This document shows positions 1 through 10,009 of a stretch of 64,000 nt of DNA, one piece after another. This stretch comes from an uncultured Planctomycetaceae bacterium (GTDB taxonomy: Bacteria > Planctomycetota > Planctomycetia > Isosphaerales > Isosphaeraceae): positions 3,200,001 to 3,264,000 of the forward strand of contig CAWIAD010000001.1 of the NCBI GenBank assembly GCA_963833985.1. The letters are read 5' to 3'. The notes below the pieces were generated by a model. The model was not told where the DNA came from. It saw only the letters and a program-made list of their open reading frames with translations, and did no database searches. A program made the translations under genes and the position numbers. Every line of letters starts with the position of its first letter. Within the stretch, counting starts at the first letter, position 1.

Positions 1-455
1 TGGCACTCGCAGACCTCGGTGTCGCGAGAGACGCCGATCATGTAGATGTTCGCGGAGCGGCCGGACTTCTCGCCTGACTCATGTTTTGCTTCTCCCGACC
101 GCTTCTCATTGCCGGAGGTTTGCCGCACCTCCTTGTCTTGCTTTGCTGAGCCCTGCGCCTGGCTGCCGGAGCCGTGCTCCTGCTGCTCTTGGCGGGCTTG
201 CTCGCCACCCGGCACGTGATGCTTGGGGTGGCCGACGATCGTCAGGAAGTCCTTCTCGGCGGTGACTGCGCGGTGCGACTCGTAGTCGACCATCGTCTCG
301 CCCACGACCGTCACCCCGGCGACCACACCCTGGATGGTCTTGTGCTCGCCAGATTGTTCTTCACCGCTCTTCTTGTGGTCCTCGGTCCCGGCCAGCGCAT
401 AAGGGCTGGCCAGCAGGCCCAGGGAAAGGACGGCCGTGATGGCTGCTGCGTTCAT
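1..455 (-). CDS. Secreted hypothetical protein (3' end runs off the window)
   Basis: Read manually on the minus strand: MNAAAITAVLSLGLLASPYALAGTEDHKK..., open to position 1. GAGGAG RBS upstream of the ATG at 455; signal-peptide-like N-terminus. Not in the ORF track because it has no stop inside the window. Confidence 0.75.
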   Translation of the reverse strand, partial: MNAAAITAVLSLGLLASPYALAGTEDHKKSGEEQSGEHKTIQGVVAGVTVVGETMVDYESHRAVTAEKDFLTIVGHPKHHVPGGEQARQEQQEHGSGSQAQGSAKQDKEVRQTSGNEKRSGEAKHESGEKSGRSANIYMIGVSRDTEVCEC

Positions 456-582
456 ACGTCGTCTCCTCATTGTTGAAGGTTGTTCGAGTGGATCGGACAA
501 GGCACGAAATGCGGCACCGGCGGCGATCGGTTGATCGATCCGTCGCTCTGCGCAAGCGGCGCCGGGCAATGGCTGGTTCAAG

Positions 583-852
583 CTACACGGAGACGCGTGA
601 CCGTGTGCCGAACCAGCCCATGGCCAGGAGGATCACCGCCCCGAGCGTAGCCAGGATCCAGCCCCCGGGCTCGTAGGGAGACGTACCCAGCTTCAGAACG
701 TACGCGATGCCTCCGCCCACAAGGGAGCCAAGCACGCCCAGCACGATCGTGGCCACCCATCCCATGGCATCACTACCGGGATGGATAAGCCGAGCAAGAA
801 AGCCGGCGATCAAGCCAAGGACGACCCAACCAATCAAAGAACCGATCATCAC
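583..852 (-). CDS. GlsB/YeaQ/YmgE family (transglycosylase-associated) stress-response membrane protein
   Basis: 89 aa with the pattern IGWVVLGLIAGFLARLIHPG...TIVLGVLGSLVGG...ILATLGAVILL. Confidence 0.9.
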   Translation of the reverse strand: MMIGSLIGWVVLGLIAGFLARLIHPGSDAMGWVATIVLGVLGSLVGGGIAYVLKLGTSPYEPGGWILATLGAVILLAMGWFGTRSRVSV

Positions 853-1129
853 TACCTCCTCGGATTCTTGTTCCGGACCGGACCTCCGCCAGGATGCGGT
901 CCGCCGGTCGCTGACGTGTCAGGGACCGTGGTCCCCGTTTGACGATCGCGGCACATCGCGCGCCGGGGCTTTCCTGCCGGGGAGAAATCGGCAAGATCTT
1001 CCTGAGAAAGCTCGTAAAAGCCGGTGCATGGAAGAGCCAGCTTCCCATACAATCTGGTTTTTGCGCACAGAGTGCGAAGGAGCGCCGAGTCGGGCGCCCG
1101 GGGAAGCGGTGGAGAAGAGGCGGCAAGCG

Positions 1130-2356
1130 ATGGAGCATCTTGAGGTATCCCACCTGTTTGCCATGCTCGCGATCATGCTGGGCGCAGCCAAGCTCGGTGG
1201 CGCCCTGGCTCAGAAGGTGGGCCAGCCCGCTGTCCTGGGAGAGCTGGTGGCTGGGGTGATTGTGGGTCAGTCCGGGCTCCGGCTCGTGCATCCCGGGTAC
1301 GAAACGATCCACATGCTTTCCGAGCTTGGCGTATTCCTCCTGCTTCTGGCGATCGGCCTGGAGACCGACCTGAGGATGCTGGCCCGGGTGGGAGCGACGT
1401 CCCTGTCCGTGGCGGTCGTGGGAGTGATCCTGCCCTTCGGGCTGGGGTACGTGGCCTGCCGGCTGCTGGGTCTTGCCGAGCTGGAGGCGATCATGGCGGG
1501 GGCGACCCTGACCGCGACGAGCGTGGGGATCACCGCGCGGGTGCTGGCTGATCTGGGACGCCTCCACGACCTGGAAGGACAGATCATCCTGGGTGCCGCG
1601 GTGCTCGACGACGTTTTCGGCCTGGTGATTCTCACCGTGGTGGCCGGATTGACCCGGGGTGACTCCGTCACTTTGCTTTCGGTGGTGACCACCGCTGCGA
1701 TCGCGTTCGGGTTTCTGGCCGGAGTCATGCTGGTTGGAACGTATCTCGCCCCCTGGATCAGTTGGGCCGCCGGCGGGATCGACCTTCCCGGTACACCGAC
1801 CATCCTGGCTCTCATCGCGGCACTGGCGCTGGCCTGGCTGGCCGCACGCCTTGGTTCCGCGACCATTCTGGGGGCTTTCGCCGCCGGAATGCTGCTGGCC
1901 CCGCTGCCGCGTGCCGGCGAGATCGAAAAAGGAGTGACCGCACTCGGGCACTTCTTCGTTCCTCTCTTCTTCATCACGGTCGGCGCCTCGGTGGACCTGC
2001 GTTCGCTCAATCCCGCGACCCCGGATGGACGATGGGCACTGCTGGTGGGGACTGTTTTGTGTCTCAGCGGCATTCTTGGCAAGCTGTTTGCAGGCTATTC
2101 GCCTTTCTGGTTCAAGGGCAACAAGACTGTGATCGGGGTGGGCATGATTCCGCGGGGCGAGGTTGGGCTGATCTTTGCCCAGATGGGGCTTTCCACGGGG
2201 GTATTCTCCAAGGGATTGTTCGCCGGGGCCACGCTCATGGTGCTTGTGACCACGTTCCTGGCCCCGCCGCTCCTGAAGGGGCTGCTCACGGTTCGGGGCT
2301 CAAGGCGAATCGCCGGGCCAGCGGAGGCGATCGAAGATCTGGTGACCGAAGCATGA
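1130..2356 (+). CDS. Cation:proton antiporter (CPA2/KefB-like Na+/H+ exchanger)
   Basis: GQPAVLGELVAGVIVG, TATSVGITARVL, GAAVLDDV and GMIPRGEVGLIFA motifs; about 12 hydrophobic segments; start placed at MEHLEV. Confidence 0.92.
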   Translation: MEHLEVSHLFAMLAIMLGAAKLGGALAQKVGQPAVLGELVAGVIVGQSGLRLVHPGYETIHMLSELGVFLLLLAIGLETDLRMLARVGATSLSVAVVGVILPFGLGYVACRLLGLAELEAIMAGATLTATSVGITARVLADLGRLHDLEGQIILGAAVLDDVFGLVILTVVAGLTRGDSVTLLSVVTTAAIAFGFLAGVMLVGTYLAPWISWAAGGIDLPGTPTILALIAALALAWLAARLGSATILGAFAAGMLLAPLPRAGEIEKGVTALGHFFVPLFFITVGASVDLRSLNPATPDGRWALLVGTVLCLSGILGKLFAGYSPFWFKGNKTVIGVGMIPRGEVGLIFAQMGLSTGVFSKGLFAGATLMVLVTTFLAPPLLKGLLTVRGSRRIAGPAEAIEDLVTEA

Positions 2357-2551
2357 ACGATCCGCGGTTTGCAAGGGCCATGTCGCCCACTCAGGAGTGA
2401 ACGCGGACCGGCGAAGTGCAGATGCGCTGACAGAAGCGAGAGTGGCACGTTCATCCATTGGCGCTGAGACTCCAGGCTCCGGGGGCGACGTAGGTACAGC
2501 CCCGGCTCTTCGAGCGGTACGGATCAGGTTTTACCGGGGTATCGACCGACC

Positions 2552-4036
2552 ATGTGGACTGAGGCTGCGCTTCATTCCCTGATTGCCGGCAAGCTGAACG
2601 GCCAGCAGATCATCGTGGTGGCCAATCGAGAGCCGTACCAGCACCGGTTTGCCGGCGATGCCATTGAGTGCATCCGGCCAGCCAGCGGCATGGCGGCTGC
2701 ACTTGATCCGGTGATGCGGGCCTCGGGAGGGGTCTGGGTGGCGCATGGCTCGGGCGATGCCGACCGGCTGACCGTTGACGAGCACGACCACGTCGGAGTT
2801 CCGCCGGAGAAGCCTGCTTACACGCTGCGACGACTCTGGCTCAGCAAGCAGCAGGAGGAAGAGTACTATCACGGCCTCGCCAACGAGGGTCTCTGGCCGC
2901 TCTGCCATATCACATTCACCAGGCCCACATTCCGGGCCAGCCAGTGGCAGACGTACTGCCAGGTCAATGCCCTGTTTGCAGACGCCGTGGTGGAAGAAGC
3001 CGGAGACGAGCCGGCCCTCATTTTCATCCAGGACTATCATTTCGCCATGCTGCCGCGGTATCTCAAGGACCGGAACCCGAAGTTGATCGTGGCACAGTTC
3101 TGGCATATTCCCTGGCCCAACCCCGAGACCTTCCGGGTTTTCCCCTGGACCGAGGAACTGCTCGACGGGCTTCTGGGCAACGACTTGCTCGGATTTCATC
3201 TGCGGTATCATTGCCAGAACTTCGTGACGACCGTGGAACGCACGCTGGAGGCCCGGATCGACCAGGAGACGCTCGAGGTGATCCGGGGAGGCCGGTCCAC
3301 GCTGGTGCGGCCCTTTCCGATCAGCATCGACTTCGAGGCCCACCAGGCGCTTGCCGCCAGCCCTGCTGTCGAGGTCGCGATGCAGCAGTTCCGTACCCGG
3401 TATCAGCTCGAGGGCAAGATCCTCGGCGTGGGCATGGAGCGGATCGACTACACCAAGGGAATTCCAGAACGCATCAGGGCGATCGATCAGTTCCTCGAAC
3501 AGAACCCCGCGTACCGCGAGCGGCTGGTGTTCTTCCAGGTCGGCGTGCCGAGCCGCCAGCTCGTGCCGCAGTACCAGGCCATCGACATCGAAATCGACCG
3601 GCTCGTCGAGCGGCTGAACTGGAAATGGAGCCAGGGCCGCTGGCGCCCCTTGCTCTACCTCAAGCGAAACTTCAACCCGGTCGAGATGATGTCGCTGCAT
3701 CGCCTGGCACGGTTCTGCGTGGTCAGCTCGCTGCACGACGGCATGAACCTGGTGGCGAAGGAGTTCGTGGCCAGCCGCCTCGACCAGGAAGGCGTTCTTC
3801 TCCTCTCACAATTCACCGGCTCCTCCCGGGAGCTGGCGGAATCGGTACAGTTCAATCCGTTCGCGATCGACGAACTCGCCTCGGCGATCCTTCAGGCCGT
3901 GGAGATGGACCCGGCCGAGCAGAAGCGGCGGATGCAGCGGATGCAACAGACCGTGAAGGAAAACAACGTTTACCGCTGGGCGGGGAAGATCCTCTCCACC
4001 TTGCTCAGCTTCGACCTTCCAGACGCGACTGAATGA
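2552..4036 (+). CDS. otsA: Trehalose-6-phosphate synthase (GT20)
   Basis: VVANREPY, YYHGLANEGLWPLCH, IQDYHF, FWHIPWP, RIDYTKGIPER and DGMNLVAKEF motifs. Confidence 0.95.
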   Translation: MWTEAALHSLIAGKLNGQQIIVVANREPYQHRFAGDAIECIRPASGMAAALDPVMRASGGVWVAHGSGDADRLTVDEHDHVGVPPEKPAYTLRRLWLSKQQEEEYYHGLANEGLWPLCHITFTRPTFRASQWQTYCQVNALFADAVVEEAGDEPALIFIQDYHFAMLPRYLKDRNPKLIVAQFWHIPWPNPETFRVFPWTEELLDGLLGNDLLGFHLRYHCQNFVTTVERTLEARIDQETLEVIRGGRSTLVRPFPISIDFEAHQALAASPAVEVAMQQFRTRYQLEGKILGVGMERIDYTKGIPERIRAIDQFLEQNPAYRERLVFFQVGVPSRQLVPQYQAIDIEIDRLVERLNWKWSQGRWRPLLYLKRNFNPVEMMSLHRLARFCVVSSLHDGMNLVAKEFVASRLDQEGVLLLSQFTGSSRELAESVQFNPFAIDELASAILQAVEMDPAEQKRRMQRMQQTVKENNVYRWAGKILSTLLSFDLPDATE

Positions 4037-4965
4037 TCGGAACATTCGATATGCCGCTTCTCCTTGACGACCATCGCAGCGACATCGAGGCACGGGTCAA
4101 CGGCGCCTCGAGCCTGGTTCTTTACCTGGACTTCGACGGCACCCTTGCCCCCATCGTCGCCGAGCCGGAAGAGGCTCGGATGACCACGAAAACGCGAGCG
4201 ATCCTCGAAGAGCTTGCCTTGCTCGAGGGGATCCTCGTATGCGTGATCAGCGGACGCTCCCTGGCGGATCTGAAAAGCCGCGTGGGTCTCTCCGGCGTGG
4301 TCTACAGCGGCAACCATGGCCTGGAAATCGAGGGTGGCCCGCTGCGCTTCTTGCACCCCGAGGCGGGGCGCAGCCGCGCCGCGGTCGAAGCCTTCAGTAA
4401 CAAGGTGGCCGGCCTTCCCTTGCTCATCCCCGGCGTCCAGATTGATCTGAAAGGCCTCACCACCACGATCCACTACCGCCGAGCTGAGCCGGAAGCCCGC
4501 GCGCAGATCGAATCGATCGTGCACCTGATCGCGCCGCCGGACCACCCCGACCTGGCGATCTTCGAGGGAAAGATGAACTTCGAGGTCCGTCCCCGGCTCG
4601 ACTGGAACAAGGGCTCGGCCGTGCGCTGGATCCAGGACCGCATCAAGGACCGAACCGCGCTGGCCTTCGTTGCGGGCGACGACCGAACGGACGAGGACGC
4701 CTTCCCCGCACTGCCGGAGGCGATCACCATCCACGTCGGCCCGGGCGACTCCAGCTCCGCCCGCTATCGCGTTCCCGAGCAGGCCGACCTCGAAGTTTTC
4801 CTGGGATGGCTACTGGAGCTCTGGAAGGACCGGTTCGACAGTACCGCGATGAGCAGCCGGGCCACCATCGGCAGCCCGTCTCTGGCACTCAAGGAGTCGT
4901 CGCCAATACTCAATGTGCGGCTCCGCCGTGCCGCCGTGGACCGGCGTCGCCAGGCGTCGCAATGA
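4033..4965 (+). CDS. otsB: Trehalose-6-phosphate phosphatase (HAD)
   Basis: LDFDGTLAPI, ISGRS, GNHGLE, NKGSAV and GDDRTDEDAF motifs; ATGA overlap with otsA. Confidence 0.95.
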   Translation: MIGTFDMPLLLDDHRSDIEARVNGASSLVLYLDFDGTLAPIVAEPEEARMTTKTRAILEELALLEGILVCVISGRSLADLKSRVGLSGVVYSGNHGLEIEGGPLRFLHPEAGRSRAAVEAFSNKVAGLPLLIPGVQIDLKGLTTTIHYRRAEPEARAQIESIVHLIAPPDHPDLAIFEGKMNFEVRPRLDWNKGSAVRWIQDRIKDRTALAFVAGDDRTDEDAFPALPEAITIHVGPGDSSSARYRVPEQADLEVFLGWLLELWKDRFDSTAMSSRATIGSPSLALKESSPILNVRLRRAAVDRRRQASQ

Positions 4966-5046
4966 CCCCGCACAAGCCAGCGGCGCGGGCCGGCCCGGTC
5001 GAGTCGAGGCATGGAATGGTGCGTGCCTCGCCCTCTGCCCGAGCGT

Positions 5047-6507
5047 TCACAGGAGCGGCGAGAACAGCCGGACGATGTTCTCAGCCAGTTCGCGCGTCCA
5101 CCCCGGCCTGGGCAGCTCGCGCAGGCAGTCCTCCTGGAGCCTTAGCGCCCACGCGGAGACGTCCTGCACCTGCTCACGACTGAAGAGAAACAGCGCCACC
5201 TCGTAATTCAAAAACAGGCTGCGGTTGTCCATGTTCGCCGAGCCGATGACGGTGAGTTGATCGTCGAAGATCACCGCCTTGGCGTGGAGCATGGCCGCCT
5301 GATAGAGCAGTACCTGGCCGCCAGCCTCGTGCAGTTCCCGGAGGTAGCTCTCGCGCGCCAGGTCCGCAGTGAGGTGATTGGAACGTGCCGGCACAATCAG
5401 GCGTACGTCCACTCCGCGCCGCGCCGCGAGGTTCAGGGCATGCGCCAGCATTTCATTGGGCACGAAGTACGGAGTGACGATCCAGATCCGTTCACGGGCG
5501 GAGAAGAACGTGGAAACGAGGGTCTCGTAGAGCGGGTCGTCAGCCACATCTGGCCCGCTGGCGACGACCTGCACCATGCTTCCACCGGGCGGCGAGGCCG
5601 CCTGCTCTTCCTGGGAAGGATCGGTCGATACGCGCTGCGGGGATGTGGGCCGAGCCTTGAGATGCTCACCGGTGGCAAACTCCCAGTCGGAGAAGAAGAG
5701 CGACTCCAGGTCCGTCACGGCCGGCCCGTGTACGACGGCCGAGAGGTCTCGCCAGTAGCCGTGGTCCGTGATCGGGCCCATGTACGAGCGGGCCAGGTTC
5801 ATACCACCGGCAAGGGCAATCTCACCATCCACGACCACGACCTTGCGGTGATTGCGCAGATTGGCCCGCCCCCGGAAGGGGATGTGCAGTACCGGCATGA
5901 AGAAGGCGATCCGCGCACCTTGCTCCACCAGCGGCGCCAGGTACCTGCGGCCGATGCGCCAGGAGCCCACCGAGTCAAGCAGCAGGCGGACCGAGACGCC
6001 GCCGGCGGCCTTGCGTGCCAGCAACGCGATGAGCGTGTCGCCGACGTCCCCCCGGCCCAGGATGTAAGTGGTGATGTGGATAGTGCCTCGAGCCTCGTTG
6101 ATGATTCGGCAGAGCCGCTCGAAGGCTTCCACACCCTCCGTGAGCAGTTCCACGCGATTGCCCTGCCGTGCGGGGGGAACACCATAGGAGAGCAGGAATC
6201 GCTCGGTATCACTGTCGAACTGACTGGTGGGCCTGGGCTGCGTCCGGTCGTAAACCTGGGCCTTCTGCCGGGCCATCCGGATCATCTTGCGGCCGCCGAA
6301 CATCAGATAGAGCGGCACGCCCAGGTAGGGCAGGAAGAGCACCAGGAGCAGCCAGGCCAGTGTGCTCGCCGGCGAGCGTTTCTGCTGGATCAGATAGGCA
6401 AGAAACACCAGTGCCAGGAGAAACCCGATGTGGGTGGTCAGCTCCGGCAGCAGCCAGTAGTCGGACGATCGGAAGAATTCGGACACGGCCTGGAAGGCTC
6501 CGGTCAC
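5047..6507 (-). CDS. cls: Cardiolipin synthase (phospholipase D family)
   Basis: Two HKD motifs (RNHRKVVVVDG, LHAKAVIFDD), an N-terminal PLDc_N membrane hairpin, and GSANMDNRSLFLNYE. Confidence 0.92.
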   Translation of the reverse strand: MTGAFQAVSEFFRSSDYWLLPELTTHIGFLLALVFLAYLIQQKRSPASTLAWLLLVLFLPYLGVPLYLMFGGRKMIRMARQKAQVYDRTQPRPTSQFDSDTERFLLSYGVPPARQGNRVELLTEGVEAFERLCRIINEARGTIHITTYILGRGDVGDTLIALLARKAAGGVSVRLLLDSVGSWRIGRRYLAPLVEQGARIAFFMPVLHIPFRGRANLRNHRKVVVVDGEIALAGGMNLARSYMGPITDHGYWRDLSAVVHGPAVTDLESLFFSDWEFATGEHLKARPTSPQRVSTDPSQEEQAASPPGGSMVQVVASGPDVADDPLYETLVSTFFSARERIWIVTPYFVPNEMLAHALNLAARRGVDVRLIVPARSNHLTADLARESYLRELHEAGGQVLLYQAAMLHAKAVIFDDQLTVIGSANMDNRSLFLNYEVALFLFSREQVQDVSAWALRLQEDCLRELPRPGWTRELAENIVRLFSPLL

Positions 6508-6763
6508 CGCGACCCTGCGTACGTCGAGATTGTCCAGCCACCCATCGGCGGATGGATCGCGAACCCGTGAGTGGACGAGGATGACCCCCGGCAGGCAGAC
6601 CAGCGCAAGATCTCACCGCAGCGCAAAGCGGGCCGGGTCGAGTTCACGGTGCACACCAGTATCAGTTTCAGGGACGGCGAATGCAACGTGGCTCGCCAAG
6701 GGAAGGACCCGGGCCGGCGCGCGGATTGCTTGTGGCAACCTGCAATCCGGCACCGGAGCCCGA

Positions 6764-8842
6764 TCAGACACCGTGATATGTCGAGTAAAAGCTGGAAAAG
6801 TTGTTGTCAAATACGAAATTCGTGAACGAGATGGTAATGGACGTCTCGACGCCTTCAACATAGTGCAGGCAGCCGATCGGCAGGAAGAGGATCTCCCCCG
6901 CGCTGAGGATGCACTCGAGGATCTGGGGGTCCTCGGCCGCCGGGCGCGGATTGGCGGGCTGCACCCTGCCATCCACCCGGCAGAATACGTGGTAGTCGTT
7001 ATTCATCAAAGGCATGTCCCAGGACGGGGCGATCTTCACGCGCTTGCGGCCGAGAACCTGGGCCATAAGATTGTTGGTCAGATCGTGATGGAAGGGCGTG
7101 ATGGTTCCTGGCGGCCCCATCCAGAAGAATCCACCGAACCGGTCGGACGTATCCAGGTACTCGGGTACCTGGATGATGTCGTCCCAGAGTTCCGGCAGTG
7201 CCCGCTTGTTGTTGGAATTATTGTTGGCAGTGAGGTAGAAGTCGTTCGTGCCGTTCGATGAGCGAATCATGTCGATGAACCGGGCGAACGTGATCCTGGA
7301 GATGAATTTCTCGCGTTCACGCTCGTAATTGGCCCCGGAGTTCCGGCCCATCTGCACCTCGATCTCGCGCTCACCAAATTTCTCCTGGAAGAACTCAAGG
7401 TTCCATTTCCGCAGGGCCGGCCATTCATCCATCATTCCTGATATAATCACCGGCCGGTTAGTGCAGTAGTAATCACGCAAGAACTCCTCGCGCGTCAGCT
7501 TGTGCCGTCGGTCGATGTCTCCGGAACGGGGATGAAGCCTGTTGATCTTGCGATAGCATGAGAGAATCCAGTTCCGCTTCTTGAGCCGATTGCGGAGCAG
7601 TTCGGCACCCTTGAGGTACGGGCTCTGGAGCGCGTGCTCGATTTCCCGGGCGGCCTCATCACGGGCGATACCGGCACCTACCATGGCCTCGAGCAGGGCC
7701 TCGGGAGTCCCATCGAGCATCAGGTTCTCGGCAATCCAGCGCCGCCAGTCATCATCCACGCGAACAGCCTCGCCGGCGGGCGGAACGGCCTGGGCCTCGT
7801 TCGCCGTGCTGGACGCGACCGGCATCGGCGCGGGCGCTTCGGCCATCCCGATGCGGTCCGTACGCGGTTCGACCGCTTCTAGCATGGTTGAGCGAGACAT
7901 GGTCGGATGCTCCAGTAATTGGTGATTGACGGGACAGGACGCCTGGGGATGTCCTGAGGCTCGCGGCAGCGGTCGGTCAAGGAGAGCGGTTGCCGTGGCG
8001 GATGCTGCCGTGACAGCAGAACGGCTTTCACCGCCGTCCGGGGCCTGACCGGCGAAACGAATCGCCGGGGGCTTGACCTTGGTCATGTGCACCGTTGGTG
8101 ATGCTTGCCCGAGGGCGTCGCGGCCGTGGAAATAGTCCTTTTGCCAGTCGTCCGGCTTGACCGCGCCTCGAGACTTGAGATCGTGGAAGCCCAGCCGGCC
8201 CTCGTTCCATGCCTGGTACGCCTTGTAGACCTCCGGGTCGTCGCCCAGCTTCTGGTAAATCACCGAGGCGGTTTCCAGGTCCGAGCAAACATTGCTGACA
8301 AGCGGAATGGCCTGGAACAATGGTTCTCCAGCATCGAACCTGACCGGCTGGCCCGGCACCATGACCTTCCAGTTCATCGTGAATGACATGCTCATCCAGT
8401 CGCTCTCGATGAGCGCGGTGAGCGGCTGCACGTACGCTTTGAAGTGATTCACAGGCCCGCAAACCAGCAGCCGTGATCCCTCTGGCTGAGTGCGGAAAAG
8501 GAACGGAGTGTTCCAGGTGATGACACCCGCGCCAAACTGGTTGTTGATCCAACCGCTCCACATTTCCGCCCCGGAATCGAACGTGAAATCGACGTTTCCG
8601 GGTTGCGGCATCCCCCGCCAGACCGCGGTGAAGCCCACCGGATTCTTGATCCACCAGCCGGTCTGATTGACGATTGATAGGGGCAGGCAACGGTAGGCGA
8701 AACGGTTTGGTGTTGCGTCCATCCAGTCGCGCTGGAGGTCCGCCCAGCCCCATTCCCATCCACTGCCATCCCTTCGGTTCTTCTTGAGCATCGCATCATC
8801 AACGATCTGGTAGATCTTCACTTCGAGTTGTGGCTTTGTCAT
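6764..8842 (-). CDS. DUF6065-like domain fused to a JmjC/cupin-like (2OG-Fe(II)) oxygenase
   Basis: N-terminal RDWMDATPNRFAYRCLPL...ESDWMSMSFTMNW...WQKDYFHG (DUF6065-like); Ala/Pro-rich linker; C-terminal JmjC with TPFHHD (HxD) and LPIGCLHYV (distal His). Start placed at MTKPQLEV (ORF is open from 8914). Confidence 0.85.
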   Translation of the reverse strand: MTKPQLEVKIYQIVDDAMLKKNRRDGSGWEWGWADLQRDWMDATPNRFAYRCLPLSIVNQTGWWIKNPVGFTAVWRGMPQPGNVDFTFDSGAEMWSGWINNQFGAGVITWNTPFLFRTQPEGSRLLVCGPVNHFKAYVQPLTALIESDWMSMSFTMNWKVMVPGQPVRFDAGEPLFQAIPLVSNVCSDLETASVIYQKLGDDPEVYKAYQAWNEGRLGFHDLKSRGAVKPDDWQKDYFHGRDALGQASPTVHMTKVKPPAIRFAGQAPDGGESRSAVTAASATATALLDRPLPRASGHPQASCPVNHQLLEHPTMSRSTMLEAVEPRTDRIGMAEAPAPMPVASSTANEAQAVPPAGEAVRVDDDWRRWIAENLMLDGTPEALLEAMVGAGIARDEAAREIEHALQSPYLKGAELLRNRLKKRNWILSCYRKINRLHPRSGDIDRRHKLTREEFLRDYYCTNRPVIISGMMDEWPALRKWNLEFFQEKFGEREIEVQMGRNSGANYEREREKFISRITFARFIDMIRSSNGTNDFYLTANNNSNNKRALPELWDDIIQVPEYLDTSDRFGGFFWMGPPGTITPFHHDLTNNLMAQVLGRKRVKIAPSWDMPLMNNDYHVFCRVDGRVQPANPRPAAEDPQILECILSAGEILFLPIGCLHYVEGVETSITISFTNFVFDNNFSSFYSTYHGV

Positions 8843-9295
8843 GGGCGATGGCTCACTTACGTTCGGTTGTGAAAAAGGATCAGGGCACCCGAGAGAGGAA
8901 CGGTGTCGTGGCAATCGGCCCCGGCGTCGTCAGGTTCAGGTACGTGATCCAGGCGCTGCGGCCGGTCAGTCATCCCGGGGCCAGAGAGCGACCTGCGTGT
9001 AGGCGCAAGCATAACACTTCCGTAGCGTCGAGTGTCCAGTATTCTCGCCTCAGTGCGAGCATGTGCCAGTTCATGGCCTCGCCTCTCCGGCCGCCAAGCC
9101 AGGCAGGTCGAAACGAGATCGAACGTCAGCCGCGCAAGAGACGCGTCATTCATTCCCCCGGTCGGCCGCCCGAGAGAATCACCGTGCGGGCATCAGAAAA
9201 CCGCCCGGGCACTCCCGGCGAGGATGCCGGAAGTTGCCCTGAGCGGACCAGGTTGTCGTTGCCGAGTGCGTCCCTGTTCGAAGACCCAATCCCGG

Positions 9296-10009
9296 TCAGA
9301 AAGTGGGAGTTGGCGTCGGCGTCGGGGTCGGCGTCGGAGTCGGTGTGGGTGTTGGCGTCGGGGTTGGCGTCGGCGTTGGGGTCGGGGTCGGGGTTGGCGT
9401 GGGCGTCGGTGTGGGCGTGGGCGTCGGCGTCGGGCTAATGAAGCTCGATGCCTGGATGAACACCTGGGCAACCTGCTCGCGGCTCCAGCCGTGGCGCATC
9501 CGGTTCATCCACAGCGCCTCGTTCTGCGCTGTCGGAGTTTGACCGGCGACGTTGGTATAAAGAGAATCAATGAAGGACCTCGAAGGACCGTACAGGTCCA
9601 CTCCCAGCCCCAGCAGAAGATTCTGCCGCTCGCTGGAATTGAGCAATGCATTGTCGAATCGATTGATGTGCATACCCGAGCGCAAACGACCGACCCAGTA
9701 ATTGAGTTCCGGCTGCGACGGCGACCGTAGCAGGACATTGCCATACTCCGCCGTCACGTAGAGCGCCGCAGGGGAGTTCGGGTCGGCGTTCGTCGCCTGC
9801 AATGGCGAGACCCGCCTTGTTATGCTGGCCCGGATCAGAGGTTGAACGTGCGCCGCTTGCCGCACCCCCTCCGCATGGGCCCCGCTGAGCAACTGGCGGT
9901 CCTCAAGCTCAGTCAGCGATTGGCCCATGGACGGGCGGAACTTCCGCGGCGTCCGCTTTGTGGTGTCCTAGCCTGCCTCGCGCAGGACTTTTCGGATGTT
10001 GCGGAACAT
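9296..10009 (-). CDS. Exported DUF4214-like protein with planctomycete signal and C-terminal (Pro-Thr)22 tail; in-frame TAG at 9970-9968
   Basis: GAGGAGG RBS, then MFRNIRKVLREAG*DTTKRTPRKFRPSMGQSLTELEDRQLLS; two helical repeats (YGNVLLRSPSQPELNYWV, LYTNVAGQTPTAQNEALWM...REQVAQVF); PT tail followed by F-stop. Confidence 0.8.
9302..9433 (-). repeat. Coding hexanucleotide repeat (CCN ACN)x22 = (Pro-Thr)22
   Basis: 132 nt of repeated units whose third codon positions vary. Confidence 0.95.

Noticed and set aside
9303..9542. (Gly-Val)n ORF on the plus strand
   Set aside because: It is the antisense shadow of the (Pro-Thr)22 tail.
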